Positions 1-11,066 of a stretch of DNA of 64,000 bases are shown in pieces (the first letter of the stretch is position 1; each line of letters starts with the position of its first letter). Both the position numbers and the translations under genes were made by a program. This DNA comes from Eledone cirrhosa (lineage: Eukaryota), in the NCBI GenBank assembly GCA_964016885.1, contig OZ024761.1:21638001-21702000 (forward strand), read 5' to 3'. A model generated the notes under the pieces. The model was given only the letters and a program-made list of their open reading frames with translations, ran no database searches and had not been told where the DNA came from.

Positions 1-536
1 TTCTTTGCTCACGGTATGAAGAAGAGACTGACTAATACATAGTTACAATTTCAAGGAAATCGGTCTGACGTAACGCCTAAAAAAAACCCTAAAAGGCTGA
101 AAAGAACGCAGATCAAAAAGTTGAATTTATGTGCATATCACTCCCTGAAACAAGTAATACACATGTAAAGTTTGAAAAAAATCAGTTGGGTATTTCTCAA
201 GTTTTAGGGATTCAAACTCACACACACACACACAGACAGACATTCTCAGGGAAGTGACGTAATGCAGACAGCAAGACATACAGACAGATATTATAAGGGC
301 ACGATGTTATATGTATGTATCTATCTAAAAAGAGAAAGACTTATAATTATAGAGAGAGATCGCCTAATGCGGTCCTTAGGGCATTGAAAATTTGAAATTT
401 TTTTTGCTCAGAACACTCCCTGAATCAAGTATTACATGTGTAAAGTTTGAAAAGACTCGGTTTGATGGTTCTCGAGTTTTAGGGATTCAAACTCACACAC
501 ACACAGACAGACATCCTCAGTTTTATATATATAGAT
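1..536 (+). mobile_element. 3' part of a non-autonomous Helitron/Helentron-like (Lep1/HINE-type) element
   Basis: Highly similar to 21330-21614; contains AATCGGTTGGGTGGTTCTCGAG-type subterminal blocks, (CAGA)n and a TTTTATATATATAGAT end. Family assignment is from recalled similarity. Confidence 0.55.
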
Positions 537-1142
537 TAAAGTATTGACTGTAATACTGTAAATTTTCACAACAGTTTGTCCACTAGTAAAGATACTATAA
601 ACATTTGAATTAAACACATTAACAAAACATTATTGAAAAGAACAAAACAACACTATAACTATTGCATTAAAGTCTTTACTCTAAAACTGCAAATCTTCAC
701 AATTTGTCCACTAATAAAGATAGTATAAACATTTGAATTAACATAATTAGACGTTAAACGGCAATGATGGTGATGAAGCATTTAACTAACTTCCAATATC
801 CTGTACCACATGAAATCACATTAGCAAGACATTCTTGAAAACTACAAAACAACATTATGACTCCATCACATTAAATATTCTAGTATTGACTCTAATACTG
901 CAGTTTTTTACAACAATCTGTCCAGTAGTGAATATACTATAAATATTTAAAATAAATTATCTGTTTTTAGATATTTTATTTCTGCTAAATTATTACAGGA
1001 TGTTAAGAGTTAAAATGTATTGTTTTATAATTTTCTAGTTTGATGTAATCAGTAATTATGGTGACAATGATGATGATGATGATGATATTTTTGGAAGGTT
1101 TTAAAATTTAATTAATTATTTTTTTCTTTACTTTTTATGCAG

Positions 1143-1247
1143 GATGGCAAATTATCCAAAAATGAGATATTGGAGAAATACGATCTGTTTGTTGGTAGCC
1201 AAGCCACAGATTTTGGTGAAGCTTTGAAGTCGCATGATGAGTTTTAA
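1143..1247 (+). CDS. CALU: Calumenin (CREC family EF-hand protein), terminal coding exon
   Basis: Polypyrimidine tract plus CAG acceptor ending at 1142, then [34 protein letters not shown], which closely matches the calumenin C-terminus with its HDEF ER-retrieval signal. AATAAA overlaps the stop. Confidence 0.93.
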   Translation, partial: DGKLSKNEILEKYDLFVGSQATDFGEALKSHDEF

Positions 1248-2485
1248 ATAAAAAGAATCTCGTTCTCTCTCTGATATGTATGTATATATATGTATGTATA
1301 TGTATATATATATGTGTATATATATATATCAAGAAATCACGTGTGAAGAAGAAGAGGACAAGGTGAAGAACAACAAATATAAAAGAAATGAAACCAAATC
1401 GAAATGAGAGGTCCCTCCCTTTACACAGTCATCAATTTTTGTATTTTGACTTTTCCTCTCTCGTATAAATGTGAAGATGCTGATATATACTGGATATAGG
1501 CGGAGATGGTGACAGACTGATATATAGGCGAAGATGGTTACAGATTGATATATAGGCAGAGAGGGTCTCATACTTTCCTCTCATATAGATGTGGCGATGC
1601 TGATATAGACAGATATGGTCGCACACCTCTTATGGCAATGTTTAAAGAAAAAAATAACTTTTTTATCTAAGGAATTGGTGCTGTACTCTCTAATCTCACA
1701 TGTGAGTTGGTGGTGGTGATGGAGTGTTCTTCACATTAACTGGAATGTAAATACTTACAAATTATCATTTGGTCCCATGTCTCTATCAGAAACCATTATG
1801 AAGGGCAGGGAATTGGCTGAGTTAGTAGAGATTAACAGTATTTCTTCTGGCTCTTTATGTTTTGAGTTCAAATCCCACCGAAGCTGACTTTGCCTTTCAT
1901 CTGTCCGAGGTCAATAAGATGATTAAAATACCAGTCAAATACTAGTGTCGATATAATCGACTTTCCTTTTCACTACAAATTGCTTGCCTTGTGCCAAATG
2001 TAGAAACAATTATTATTATTATCATTACTATATAAGGTGGTGGGTTGGACAAGCATTTAATTTACAGCCCTCTACATTCTGAGTTCAAATCCCACCAATG
2101 TCAACTTTTGCCATTTGTCCTTCATGGTTTGATAAAATTAAAGTATTAGTAAAATATAGGGTTTTGGTACAGTCAACTGCCCCTAATTTGCTGACCCTGT
2201 GCCTAAATTAGATACCATTCTTATTGTTTTCTTCTGTGCCAGTTTCCGTCATATATCATCAGTCTGTGATTGTGTGATTTAGCTTAGGATTCACTCCTTA
2301 GGGTTTTTTTTTTTTTCATTTTTACACTATGGAGTTATCCAACAGTAAGACTTCTTCCTCGTAAATTAGCTGGAAAAGGAACCAAAAACAAAGAATTTAA
2401 GATAATTTAAGTTTTGAAATTATCTTCAGTATTTACTCTCCCAGCTAAATCTAGTTATACATAAATGTGTGTGTGTCTATATGTG

Positions 2486-2536
<51 letters not shown>

Positions 2537-4098
2537 ATTTTATTACTGAGTTTTTAGGTTGTTCAAAAATATTTTCATTAAATTTTTTTTTAATATATTT
2601 TAATACATTAAAGTATATTACAAAAAAAATCCCAAACTTGAGATTTATTTATTTGTGGATAACTTAATATCACATTTATCTGCTATTTATTATTTCTATT
2701 ATATAGTATCAAAAGCAAAAAATTTGATAAAAGGTATATTTTTTTTTACCTTCAGCATTAAAGTAGCTTTTGCTGTTTTTTTTTAAAGTGTTTTTTTTTT
2801 CTTTTCATTTCATTGAAATTCATCTTAAAATGTCTTCTAAGAACAAATTTTGTTTTTTTTGTTTGTAAATCTAAATCAAAAGCAGGAAATGCTCCAGCAT
2901 GGCTTCAGTCAAATGACTGAAACCAACACAAAAGGAATAAATAAAAAGAATTTGCATGAACAAAAGAAAAAAAACAGTTGTAGTGATGTAGTTACATATA
3001 TATCCTGGATGTCTTCTATGGACATGTGTCTACTTCAAAATATATCTGGTTCTGTTACAACAAAAATAATAATTGATAAATTATTATTTTTTTTTTTTAT
3101 ATTATGCAAGTTCGATGATTGATTGATTGAGAATTGAGAAAACCAAATGTTAAAAGTTTTAAACATTTCAAGGGTTGGGTTTTGGGTGGGGAAGAAAAGA
3201 AAAAAGAATATGAAAAGAAAACCTTTTTAATTTTTCAAATGAAATAAATAAAAATGATAAAAATATTGTCAAAAATGCTACTTTTTTTTTTTTTTTTTTT
3301 TTTTTTCCTAATGCATCTCTCCTCCCCGGTCAGCACTACCAGTAATATATATTTTTTTTTAAATTGGGTGGGTGTTTTTTTTTTTTTTTTCTTCCAATTC
3401 CAAGTCAGCTCTAATTGAGCCCACCCCCACCCCTTCGAATTATCCCAGTGTTTTAATTTCAATTTTATTTTTATTTAAGGCTTATGTCATTCGATCTGTC
3501 CCCATAAAATGTTGTAAGGAACTAGATTGTTTTTATCTAACCACATACAATGAACGTTTTATGACCCCACCCCACCCCTGCCAAAGTAGAAATCAACCAG
3601 GCTTCATATACATCAGTCATTTGGAAGTGGGGTAGGTTTTACAGCCTGATGCCCTACCTGCCATTAACACTGTTAGCACCCAGGGATACTGTGTACCTCA
3701 TCTAAACCAGGTACACACAGTTTTCATCTGTGTTTGTCTGTAAAATGCCCTAAAAAAAAAAGATGAACTGCTTTTTAATGTCTGTGTATGTCCTATAAAT
3801 GACACTGTTTTACCCTCCCTGCCATTAACCCTTTTAATCACCTGTTTAGACACCCAGCAATACTGTGTACCTCATTTAAATCAGGCCCATTCAGTTTTCC
3901 CCTTCCTGTCCTCAGCCAAATTGTTCTTCAGTATTCTACTCTCCACCACTCCCTTCCCTCTTACAAGCCAGAGATTTGTTAATAAGCTGTGTCGTTAACA
4001 TACATATATTAAATGAAAATTGAATTAGGTTTCACTGTAACTTTGACTAGGGGTCTGGGTCCTTCCCTATGTGTGTGCTGATGCTCTCTTTTCCTGCT

Positions 4099-4334
4099 CA
4101 GTGGGTTTATATACCTCATTATCAGTGGGCTTATATACCCGATTATCAGTGGGCTTATATATCCCATTATCAGTGGGTTTATATACCTCATTATCAGTGG
4201 GTTTATATACCTCATTATCAGTGGGCTTATATACCCCATTATCAGTGGGTTCATATACCCCATTATCTGGGCTTATTTACCCCATTATCAGTGGGTTTAT
4301 ATACCCCATTATCTGGGCTTATTTACCCCATTAT
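4099..4334. repeat. 24-bp minisatellite (ATCAGTGGGYTTATATACCYCATT)
   Basis: About 10 tandem copies visible directly. Confidence 0.9.
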
Positions 4335-4641
4335 TAGCTTATTTTTTCAAAGTTTCAATGAGATCTAATTCAAATTTCAAATTCTGCACGCTATTTTCTA
4401 AACATGCTTTCTATATACATAGATACATATGAGAAAACAACACCAAATTTCAGCCTGGAGCATATAAAAAAATTGAAAAAAATCAGAAGTAAGCTTTATT
4501 CCATCGTTATGTTTTTCTGTTATTTCTGTTCAAATTCTAGCTGTCTAATGAGGTCATAGCTGTTGCATAATGGTTATCACCAAAATATATATAACAGCAG
4601 CTATGAATAAACAGTTAATTTTAACCTGTTGATTTACACTT

Positions 4642-4676
<35 letters not shown>

Positions 4677-6396
4677 GTATACATATATATATACATGTAA
4701 TGTTTTGAAAAAAAGGTTGAGTAGATCGAAAGTTTTAGAATATGCTGGACTCCCAAATATAGAAAATAACGATAACAACATTTGATTGCTATAAATAATA
4801 GCTTAGTAAATCCCCTATAGAGGGGAAAAAAGGGGCCAATAGCTACTATAAAGAATTAAACTTAGTACCTCTAATTCTAGTTGAGTGCTCAATACAATTT
4901 TGTTATTTAGCTCAATTGCAGTGTTTGATTCTTTGTAACGGATGCTGAACCCTTTTTTTCCACTCAATAGAGATATTTTAGCCAATTTTCTAAGCTGTTA
5001 TTTAAAACAATTGACTGTTTGAGATCCCTACATTTTCTAAGAATATATATATATCATCATCATCATCACCGTTTTATGTCCGTTCTTCCATGCTAGCATG
5101 GGTTAGACAGGTTGTCCTGTTGTGGGCAGTGTCTGGTCGGCTGACCTTGTCTTGTTCATACAGGAACTGATTCTGGCTTGATTTCTACAGCTGGATGCCC
5201 TTCCTAACACCAACCTCATTTACAGTGAGTGCTGGGTGCTTTTTTGCCGTGGCACCTCCACGACCACTTTGCAGTGGAGGCATGTTGTCTATATATATAT
5301 ATATGTATGTGTGTCTTTGTTCTGTTTCCACCATTGAAACTTTAAAACTAACAATACCCACCGACATTACACATCAAACTAAACTAGATAACCCTCCATT
5401 TTAACTTTCTATTTCTGATTTATTTTCATTTTTACTCCTTTTATCAAAAACTATCATATTATTAGGCTTTTTGTCTTACATTAAAAAAAAATGAAATAAA
5501 ATTTTAAAAAAATATTTAAGATATTTATTTTGTGTTTTTGTTTTTACAACTTTTTTCTTTATTTTTTCAAAGTTTCACCTGTTTGATTCAGGTGGAAAAT
5601 AAAGTAGGTTTTTAATTAAAAAGGAAAAAAAATGTTTTTTATCATATGTTGTATTCCTTGTTCACTTTGTTGTTGTTGATTAAGCAAACATACACAGATA
5701 CATCTGCAGACATATTCTTATATACACACATGCAGTTATAGATGTATATATATACATAGATATATATACACACATGCAGATATAGATGTATATATATACA
5801 TAGATATATATACACACATGCAGTTATAGATGTATATATATACACACATGCAGATATAAATGTATATATATACATAGATATATACACATATGCAGACGTA
5901 GATATATATATATACATACATACATACATGCAGACATATACTTTTATACACACATGCAGATATAGATGTATATACATACATAGACATATACACACACATG
6001 CAGACATAGATATATATATACATACATAGATATATACACACACGTGCAGACACTGACATATACATGAATAAATGAAGTTAATTTCAACCTGTTGACTTAC
6101 ACTTCTTGCTATATATGTATGAAACCCACTCTACTACCCTAAGTATCGAATACTCTGGTGTGTTATAGTCCAACTGGTATCTTACCAAACCCTTTTTATT
6201 ATATATATATATATTGACTTGGCAAGCTAATTAGAACACTGGATTAACCCCTTTACTTCCCTCTGAAAAAGAGATATCTCAAAAATTAAGGATATTCAAA
6301 TAAATTTAAGGTAAAAGACTAATTGTCAGCAATATCTTTTGCATTTGTATTTATATTCTATATCCATACCTGCATTGTTTTGGCCTTCTAACTCCA

Positions 6397-6446
<50 letters not shown>

Positions 6447-6521
6447 AGGCACAACTAAACTTAATTTACCATATAAGGTTTATATAGAGATAGTTCAATA
6501 TTTACATAAAATGTTATTTCA

Positions 6522-6857
6522 TGAACCCTTTAGTGTTTACATTATTTCGGTGGATTGGCAGTATCGGTAGAAGGTCGGACGCCATGCTTTCCAGCATAGT
6601 TACGTCCCTTTACGATCTGAGTTCAAATCCCGCCGAGGTTGACTTTGCCTTTCATCCTTACGTGATCGATAAAATAAAATACCAGTAATGCACTGGGTAA
6701 TTGCTGGCCTTGTGCCTAAAGTAGAAACAATTATTTTATATATACTATTGTATTTTCATGGTAAACACTTTATCTCACATAATATTGAATCTATGAGATT
6801 TTGAGAACAATACCTTAACATAAGTATGAGCAGCCAGTTTAAATGCTAAAGGGTTAA
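6522..6857. mobile_element. piggyBac-like MITE (CCCTTTAG...CTAAAGGG-TTAA) interrupted by a SINE; sister copy 19970-20194
   Basis: Inverted ends and right-hand TTAA; internal sequence shared with 19970-20194, which lacks the SINE. Confidence 0.6.
6550..6732 (+). mobile_element. tRNA-derived SINE, family 1 (most abundant in window)
   Basis: B-box GAGTTCAAATCC followed by conserved GACTTTGCCTTTCATCCT...GGTCGATAAAA...TACCAG and a TGCTGGCCTTGTGCC...AGAAAC-(ATT)n tail. Related copies at about 1810-2010, 2036-2218, 17545-17725, 20212-20315, 30860-31065(-), 34890-35063, 46350-46750, 46842-46930(-), 53175-53322 and 57280-57590(-). Confidence 0.85.
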
Positions 6858-6900
6858 AGAATGTTGGAAATTACATTCTTTTTTCTTCTTGATTTCTTTG

Positions 6901-7301
6901 TCACACAGCTAGATTCAAATGTTGTAAAATGAATTTAAAATGGTCTTTCCTGTCTTCTTCATGGTCCCTTAAGTCATCAATAAATTGGCTCAAATATTTA
7001 TCAGTTCCATCAAGCAGGTGTGCATTGAACTCCAGATGAATGTTGCTCAATACTGAAGTGCCAGAACCCACCTCGTTCTTCACTATGGCAATTGGTTTGT
7101 TGCAGAGTTCCTCATAGCGAGCAAGTATTTCAGATTTTGGGTGCTTCATAGGATCCACATCTTTGTATTGGAAACAAGCGCCACCTCCGTTGTAATAAAT
7201 AGGGAATGTAGTTCCAGATCCTAGGAAGTTCACCAAAACAGGCTTAGCACCGACTTCTGAATTGTATTTGAAACCAGGGTAACAGGGGCCCTCACAGCTG
7301 C
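6901..7301 (-). CDS. Stand-alone BPL_N (biotin-protein ligase N-terminal, GATase-I-like) protein, last coding exon
   Basis: Acceptor AG at 7303-7302, phase 1 matches upstream donor. Reads GSCEGPCYPGFKYNSEVGAKP...IYYNGGGACF...EILARYEEL...PIAIVKNEVGSGTSVLSNIHLEF...LAV*. Confidence 0.88.
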
Positions 7302-7643
7302 CTACAAAGATAGAAATATCGTTCTTTTAGTCTTTTATTGGTTTCAGCCATTAGACTGTGACTTATTGATTTCTTATAGTCAAACTTATAAATATAGGAA
7401 TATAAACACATACACAGCCAGATCAATTGGAGACAGTTGCTTCAGAACTCTGTCCCTACAACCCTCTCAGGAATAAGTGGACAAAGATATATATATACCA
7501 TCTAACCCATGCTAGCGTGGAAGATAGACGTTAAACTCTGATGATATATATATATATAAGCCAGAATCAGTTCCCGTCCCACCCTTGCAAGCAGGGAAAA
7601 GTGGACATAAAATGAAATGATGATGATGATGATGATATATATG

Positions 7644-7787
7644 TGGAGGCATATGGCTTAGTGGTTAGAGCATTGGGCTTGCAATCGAAAGGTTGTGAGT
7701 TCAATTCTCAGACCGGGTGATGTGTTGTTTCCTTGAGCAAGACACTTTATTTCACATTGCTCCAGTTTACTCAGCTCTAGAAATGAG
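7644..7787 (+). mobile_element. tRNA-derived SINE, family 2 (copies 29257-29400 minus; degenerate 60555-60670 minus)
   Basis: A-box TGGCTTAGTGG, B-box GAGTTCAATTC, then TTGAGCAAGACACTTTA...CTCCAGTTTACTCAGCT; near-identical inverted copy at 29257-29400. Confidence 0.85.
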
Positions 7788-8035
7788 ATGATAGGACTGG
7801 GGTCCCTATCATTCCACTGCAAAGTGGTCGTGGAGGTGCCACGGCAAAAAAGTACCCAGCCCACACTAAAGTGGACGTGTAGGTGCCACGGAAAAAAAAG
7901 CACCTAGCACTCACTGTAAATGAGGTTGGTGTTAGGAAGGGCATCCAGCTGTAGAAATCAAGCTAGAATCAGTTCCCGTCCCACCCTTGCAAGCAGGGAA
8001 AAGCGGACGTAAAATGATGATGATGATATAAATGT

Positions 8036-8311
8036 ATCATCATCATCACCGTTTTACGTCCATTCTTCCACGCTAGCATGGGTTAGATGGGTTGTCCCGT
8101 TGTGGGCAGTGCCCGGTCGGCTGACCTTGTCTTGCTCATACAGGAACTGATTTTGGATCAATTTCTACAGCTGGATGCCCTTCCTAACACCTACACGACC
8201 ACTTTACAGTGTGGACTGGGTGCTTTTTTTCCGTGGCGCCTACACGACCACTTTATAGTGTGGGCAGGGTGCTTTTTTGCCGTGGCACCACCACGACCAC
8301 TTTGCAGTGGG
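8036..8311 (-). mobile_element. SINE family 3 body/3' part with (GAT)n tail
   Basis: Recurrent module CATCATCATCACCGTTTTACGTCC..CCATGCTAGCATGGGTTAGA..TTTCTACAGCTGGATGCCCTTCCTAACACC. Other copies at about 5055-5280, 7810-8026, 19250-19767, 25790-26168, 29066-29230, 36975-37180 and 37560-37822. Confidence 0.8.
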
Positions 8312-8343
8312 GTCATATTGTCTATATGCTTCAGCTTCGGCTT

Positions 8344-8442
8344 GTACCCGTGACAAGTCGGGTCTTCTGTATTACTGCGTGACGCCAGAGATCACGGTCC
8401 TGCGACGTCACGCAGTAATACAGAAGACCTGACTTCCCACAG

Positions 8443-8446
<4 letters not shown>
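8344..8446. repeat. ~100-bp fold-back (MITE-like) next to (TA)n
   Basis: TGTACC..AAGTCGGGTCTTCTGTATTACTGCGTGACG pairs with CGTCACGCAGTAATACAGAAGACCTGACTT..GGTACA. Confidence 0.75.
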
Positions 8447-8479
<33 letters not shown>

Positions 8480-8893
8480 AACATTTTTGTAAATAAACAT
8501 TGAAGCATCGAATGACTTAAAATATTTTTAGAAATGAAGAAAATGTGAAATGCAGGAGAGAAACTGTGAAAACATCTTTAGAAAGCAGGTAAAAATACCC
8601 CTATAGGTGGAAAAAGCATCCAACCTTTGCTGGCAGGGAAAGGAGGTGTTAAAATGATGGTGAGGATTGTTATCTGCCTTAACTAGAACGTAAACAAATA
8701 TAAACCAAACCTGACCTAACCAAACACAAACCACAATCAACCCACACACCAGTCCAGCCAATAAAACCAACACCTGACCTCTACCAATATACAAGCCTCT
8801 GCAGTTTCCATCTACCACTCATGAGCTACTGGTCAACCTGAGGTTAAAGTAGATATTATTCTAAGTTACCAGACAGAATCAACCAGTACATAC

Positions 8894-9121
8894 CATGAAA
8901 AAACTTGAGATGTCGTTCTCCCAGTACTTCCAGATGGCCACCCTTATCAAAGGAGATGCTGTCACAGGCAAAGTAAGCTCCGGCACAGATTCCGAGGTAG
9001 CAACCTCCCTCTTTCACATAATCATGGATCTTCTTTACCCCGGATTTCCCCAGGGCTTTGATAAATCCAAGATCATAACCACCACCAAAACAAATGGCTG
9101 CGGCATGTTTGGCCCAGGAAC
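8894..9121 (-). CDS. Stand-alone BPL_N protein, internal exon
   Basis: AG at 9123-9122 and GTATGT donor at 8893-8888, phase 1/1. Reads GSWAKHAAAICFGGGYDLGF...IHDYVKEGGCYLGICAGAYFACDSISF...LEVLGERHLKFFH, including the GICAG nucleophile elbow. Confidence 0.9.
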
Positions 9122-9339
9122 CTGGATGAAACAGAAAACAGAGAAAAGCTTTATGAATTTTTATTAAAAGATGGGAGTGTGTGTTTGAAATTATAAACAT
9201 TTCCAGTCTACACTGTAAGGCAGTTGTGCACGGGGTTATATGTTGGGTCCCTGGACTCTTCGTAATCATAGGATCGCATCTGGGTCCCTAGACCCTTGAT
9301 AGAGCATGGGGTTGTATGTCGGGTTCCTGGCCCCCAGGA

Positions 9340-9370
<31 letters not shown>

Positions 9371-10019
9371 AGGTCGCTCTGGAGTGCTACTGGTAACATG
9401 TAACCCAGTACAACCTGTCTCATGGTCGGGTCGTTGGCAACTAAACCAGCAACCCCACCAAGCCTGCTTGGTGAGGAGGGTGATATTTGGACACCCTGGG
9501 GGATGAAATACAGACCCGGCAAAGGGTGGGGGAACTCACAGAGTCAACAGCCATCTAAATAGTACATTTTTTTTTTTTTTTTTTTTCCACCTGGGAATGA
9601 AAGACCCCCAGTTGTTGTCACCACACCTTTCTAGGAGAGGGAAACTCTGGAAAAAAAACCTGCACCTTCGGAAGCATCCGATGATGTTGACCAGTTCTCC
9701 TTTTCAGGTAGTGTTTTTGATGCTCAGAGAGTGGGATTGGTCGAGTGCAAGGCCTTTCCCCACTTTAAAAAACCTTCAAAGCACAGGCATTGCTTGTTCA
9801 GGATATGTTACAGGTTCGTGTGGCTGGCCATAGCCTAAAAGTGCACCAAACTCTATAACCTGACAAGCGATTACAGTACTCTTAGCAGAGTTTGCCGCCA
9901 TCATGTATATATATTATATATATATATATATGAGAGAGGGAGAGAGAGAGAGAGCAAAGACATGTATTGTATATACAATAGAATCATCACCACATACAAC
10001 ATACAAAATCTTATTTTAC

Positions 10020-10176
10020 CTTCAACTATAGTTTCAGCCGATATTGTTTTGACGTCATGGACTGTGGTGTCGAGAGAAGAGGTTAGACTCTCCATTAACA
10101 TAAGCAGTGATGTCTCTCCACATCCTTCACCATTGTACACATACACAGTCTTCTGACACAGGGAAGGTGACATCAT
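10020..10176 (-). CDS. Stand-alone BPL_N protein, first identifiable coding exon (exon acceptor at 10196-10195; ATG 10176 assumed)
   Basis: MMSPSLCQKTVYVYNGEGCG...HDVKTISAETIVE matches the BPL_N N-terminal strand; GTAAAA donor at 10019. Spliced CDS is 157+228+401=786 nt, 261 aa. Start codon uncertain because the frame is open to the acceptor. Confidence 0.8.
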
Positions 10177-10199
10177 CCTCCTACACAAAAACACCTAAA

Positions 10200-10470
10200 A
10201 TAATAATAATGAAATTATTGTGTACAGTGCTCAGGTGCACTACAACTCATCAAAGGTGCATGTATAGTACATAGAATAATATACAAATGTCAGGGAAGTG
10301 AATAGTGTATGAGTCATGGTATACATGTGTGTATGTGTATGGAGGGGGAATATTAGGTGTAGTGTTGGCGAATCTCAGGAAGCATGGAGGTTTTAAAGGA
10401 TGCAGTGTCTCGACAGCTAACAACTGATGCAGGTAGTTTGTTCCATGCTTCAGCAACTCTGAGCGTGAAA
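10200..10470 (-). mobile_element. CR1-group LINE 3' end (copies 10643-10782 plus, 16606-16920 minus, 24807-24877 minus)
   Basis: Minus strand reads FTLRVAEAWNKLPASVVSCRDTASFKTSMLPEIRQHYT*, typical of a CR1 ORF2 C-terminus, followed by a 3' UTR and (TAT)n tail. Confidence 0.8.
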
Positions 10471-10874
10471 CAGAAAGTAATGTTAACAAAAGATGATCAT
10501 CAGATCTGAGGTAATAAATTCATCTAAGACAGTGTTTCCCAAAGGGGGTGCTGGGAGGTTTTATTTCATTTGTTTTTTTTTGGGGGGGGGGGGGATATAC
10601 TCAGGTGGGTGGTGGGCATTTATCTATTTCTTTCTGTCAATCCACACTGCATCCTTTAAAACTTCCATGCTTCCTGAAATTCGCCAACACTACACCTGAC
10701 ATTTGTACATTATTCTATGCACCTTTAATGAGTTGTAGTGCACCTGAGCACTGTACACAATAATTTCATTATTATCATTATTCTATACAACAAAAGGAAG
10801 GCGAAAGGGGTGGAGAAATGAACCGCTACCAGAACAAAAGATAAGAATATCGCGAGGAGCACTGGGAAACCTCT

Positions 10875-11066
10875 CTAATAATTTTCGAGGCAAGCCAGCA
10901 CGCTCACAGCTTTACCTCTGGTGATGGCGAGGCTGATGCGCTGGAACAGCCAAGTGCCTTCACGAGCCACACCAGTTACCTTGGTTAGACGAGCCGCCAG
11001 TGAAGACAAGGACCTGGCAGTTTAGCGGCCTGGCTTCCCCAACCGTCTCGAACGCCACAGGCTGGG
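10875..11066 (-). mobile_element. Degenerate C-terminus of a CRE-like (restriction-like endonuclease) non-LTR retrotransposon
   Basis: Reads QPVAFET/LGKPGR*TARSLSSLAARLTKVTGVAREGTWLFQRISLAITRGKAVSVL with one frameshift and one stop; resembles the conserved PFAVETLG...QRISIAIQRGNA tail. Confidence 0.7.

Noticed and set aside
2230-2270. Minus-strand CTGATGA...GAAACTG as a hammerhead
   Set aside because: No stem II, and the required U of the NUH triplet is missing.
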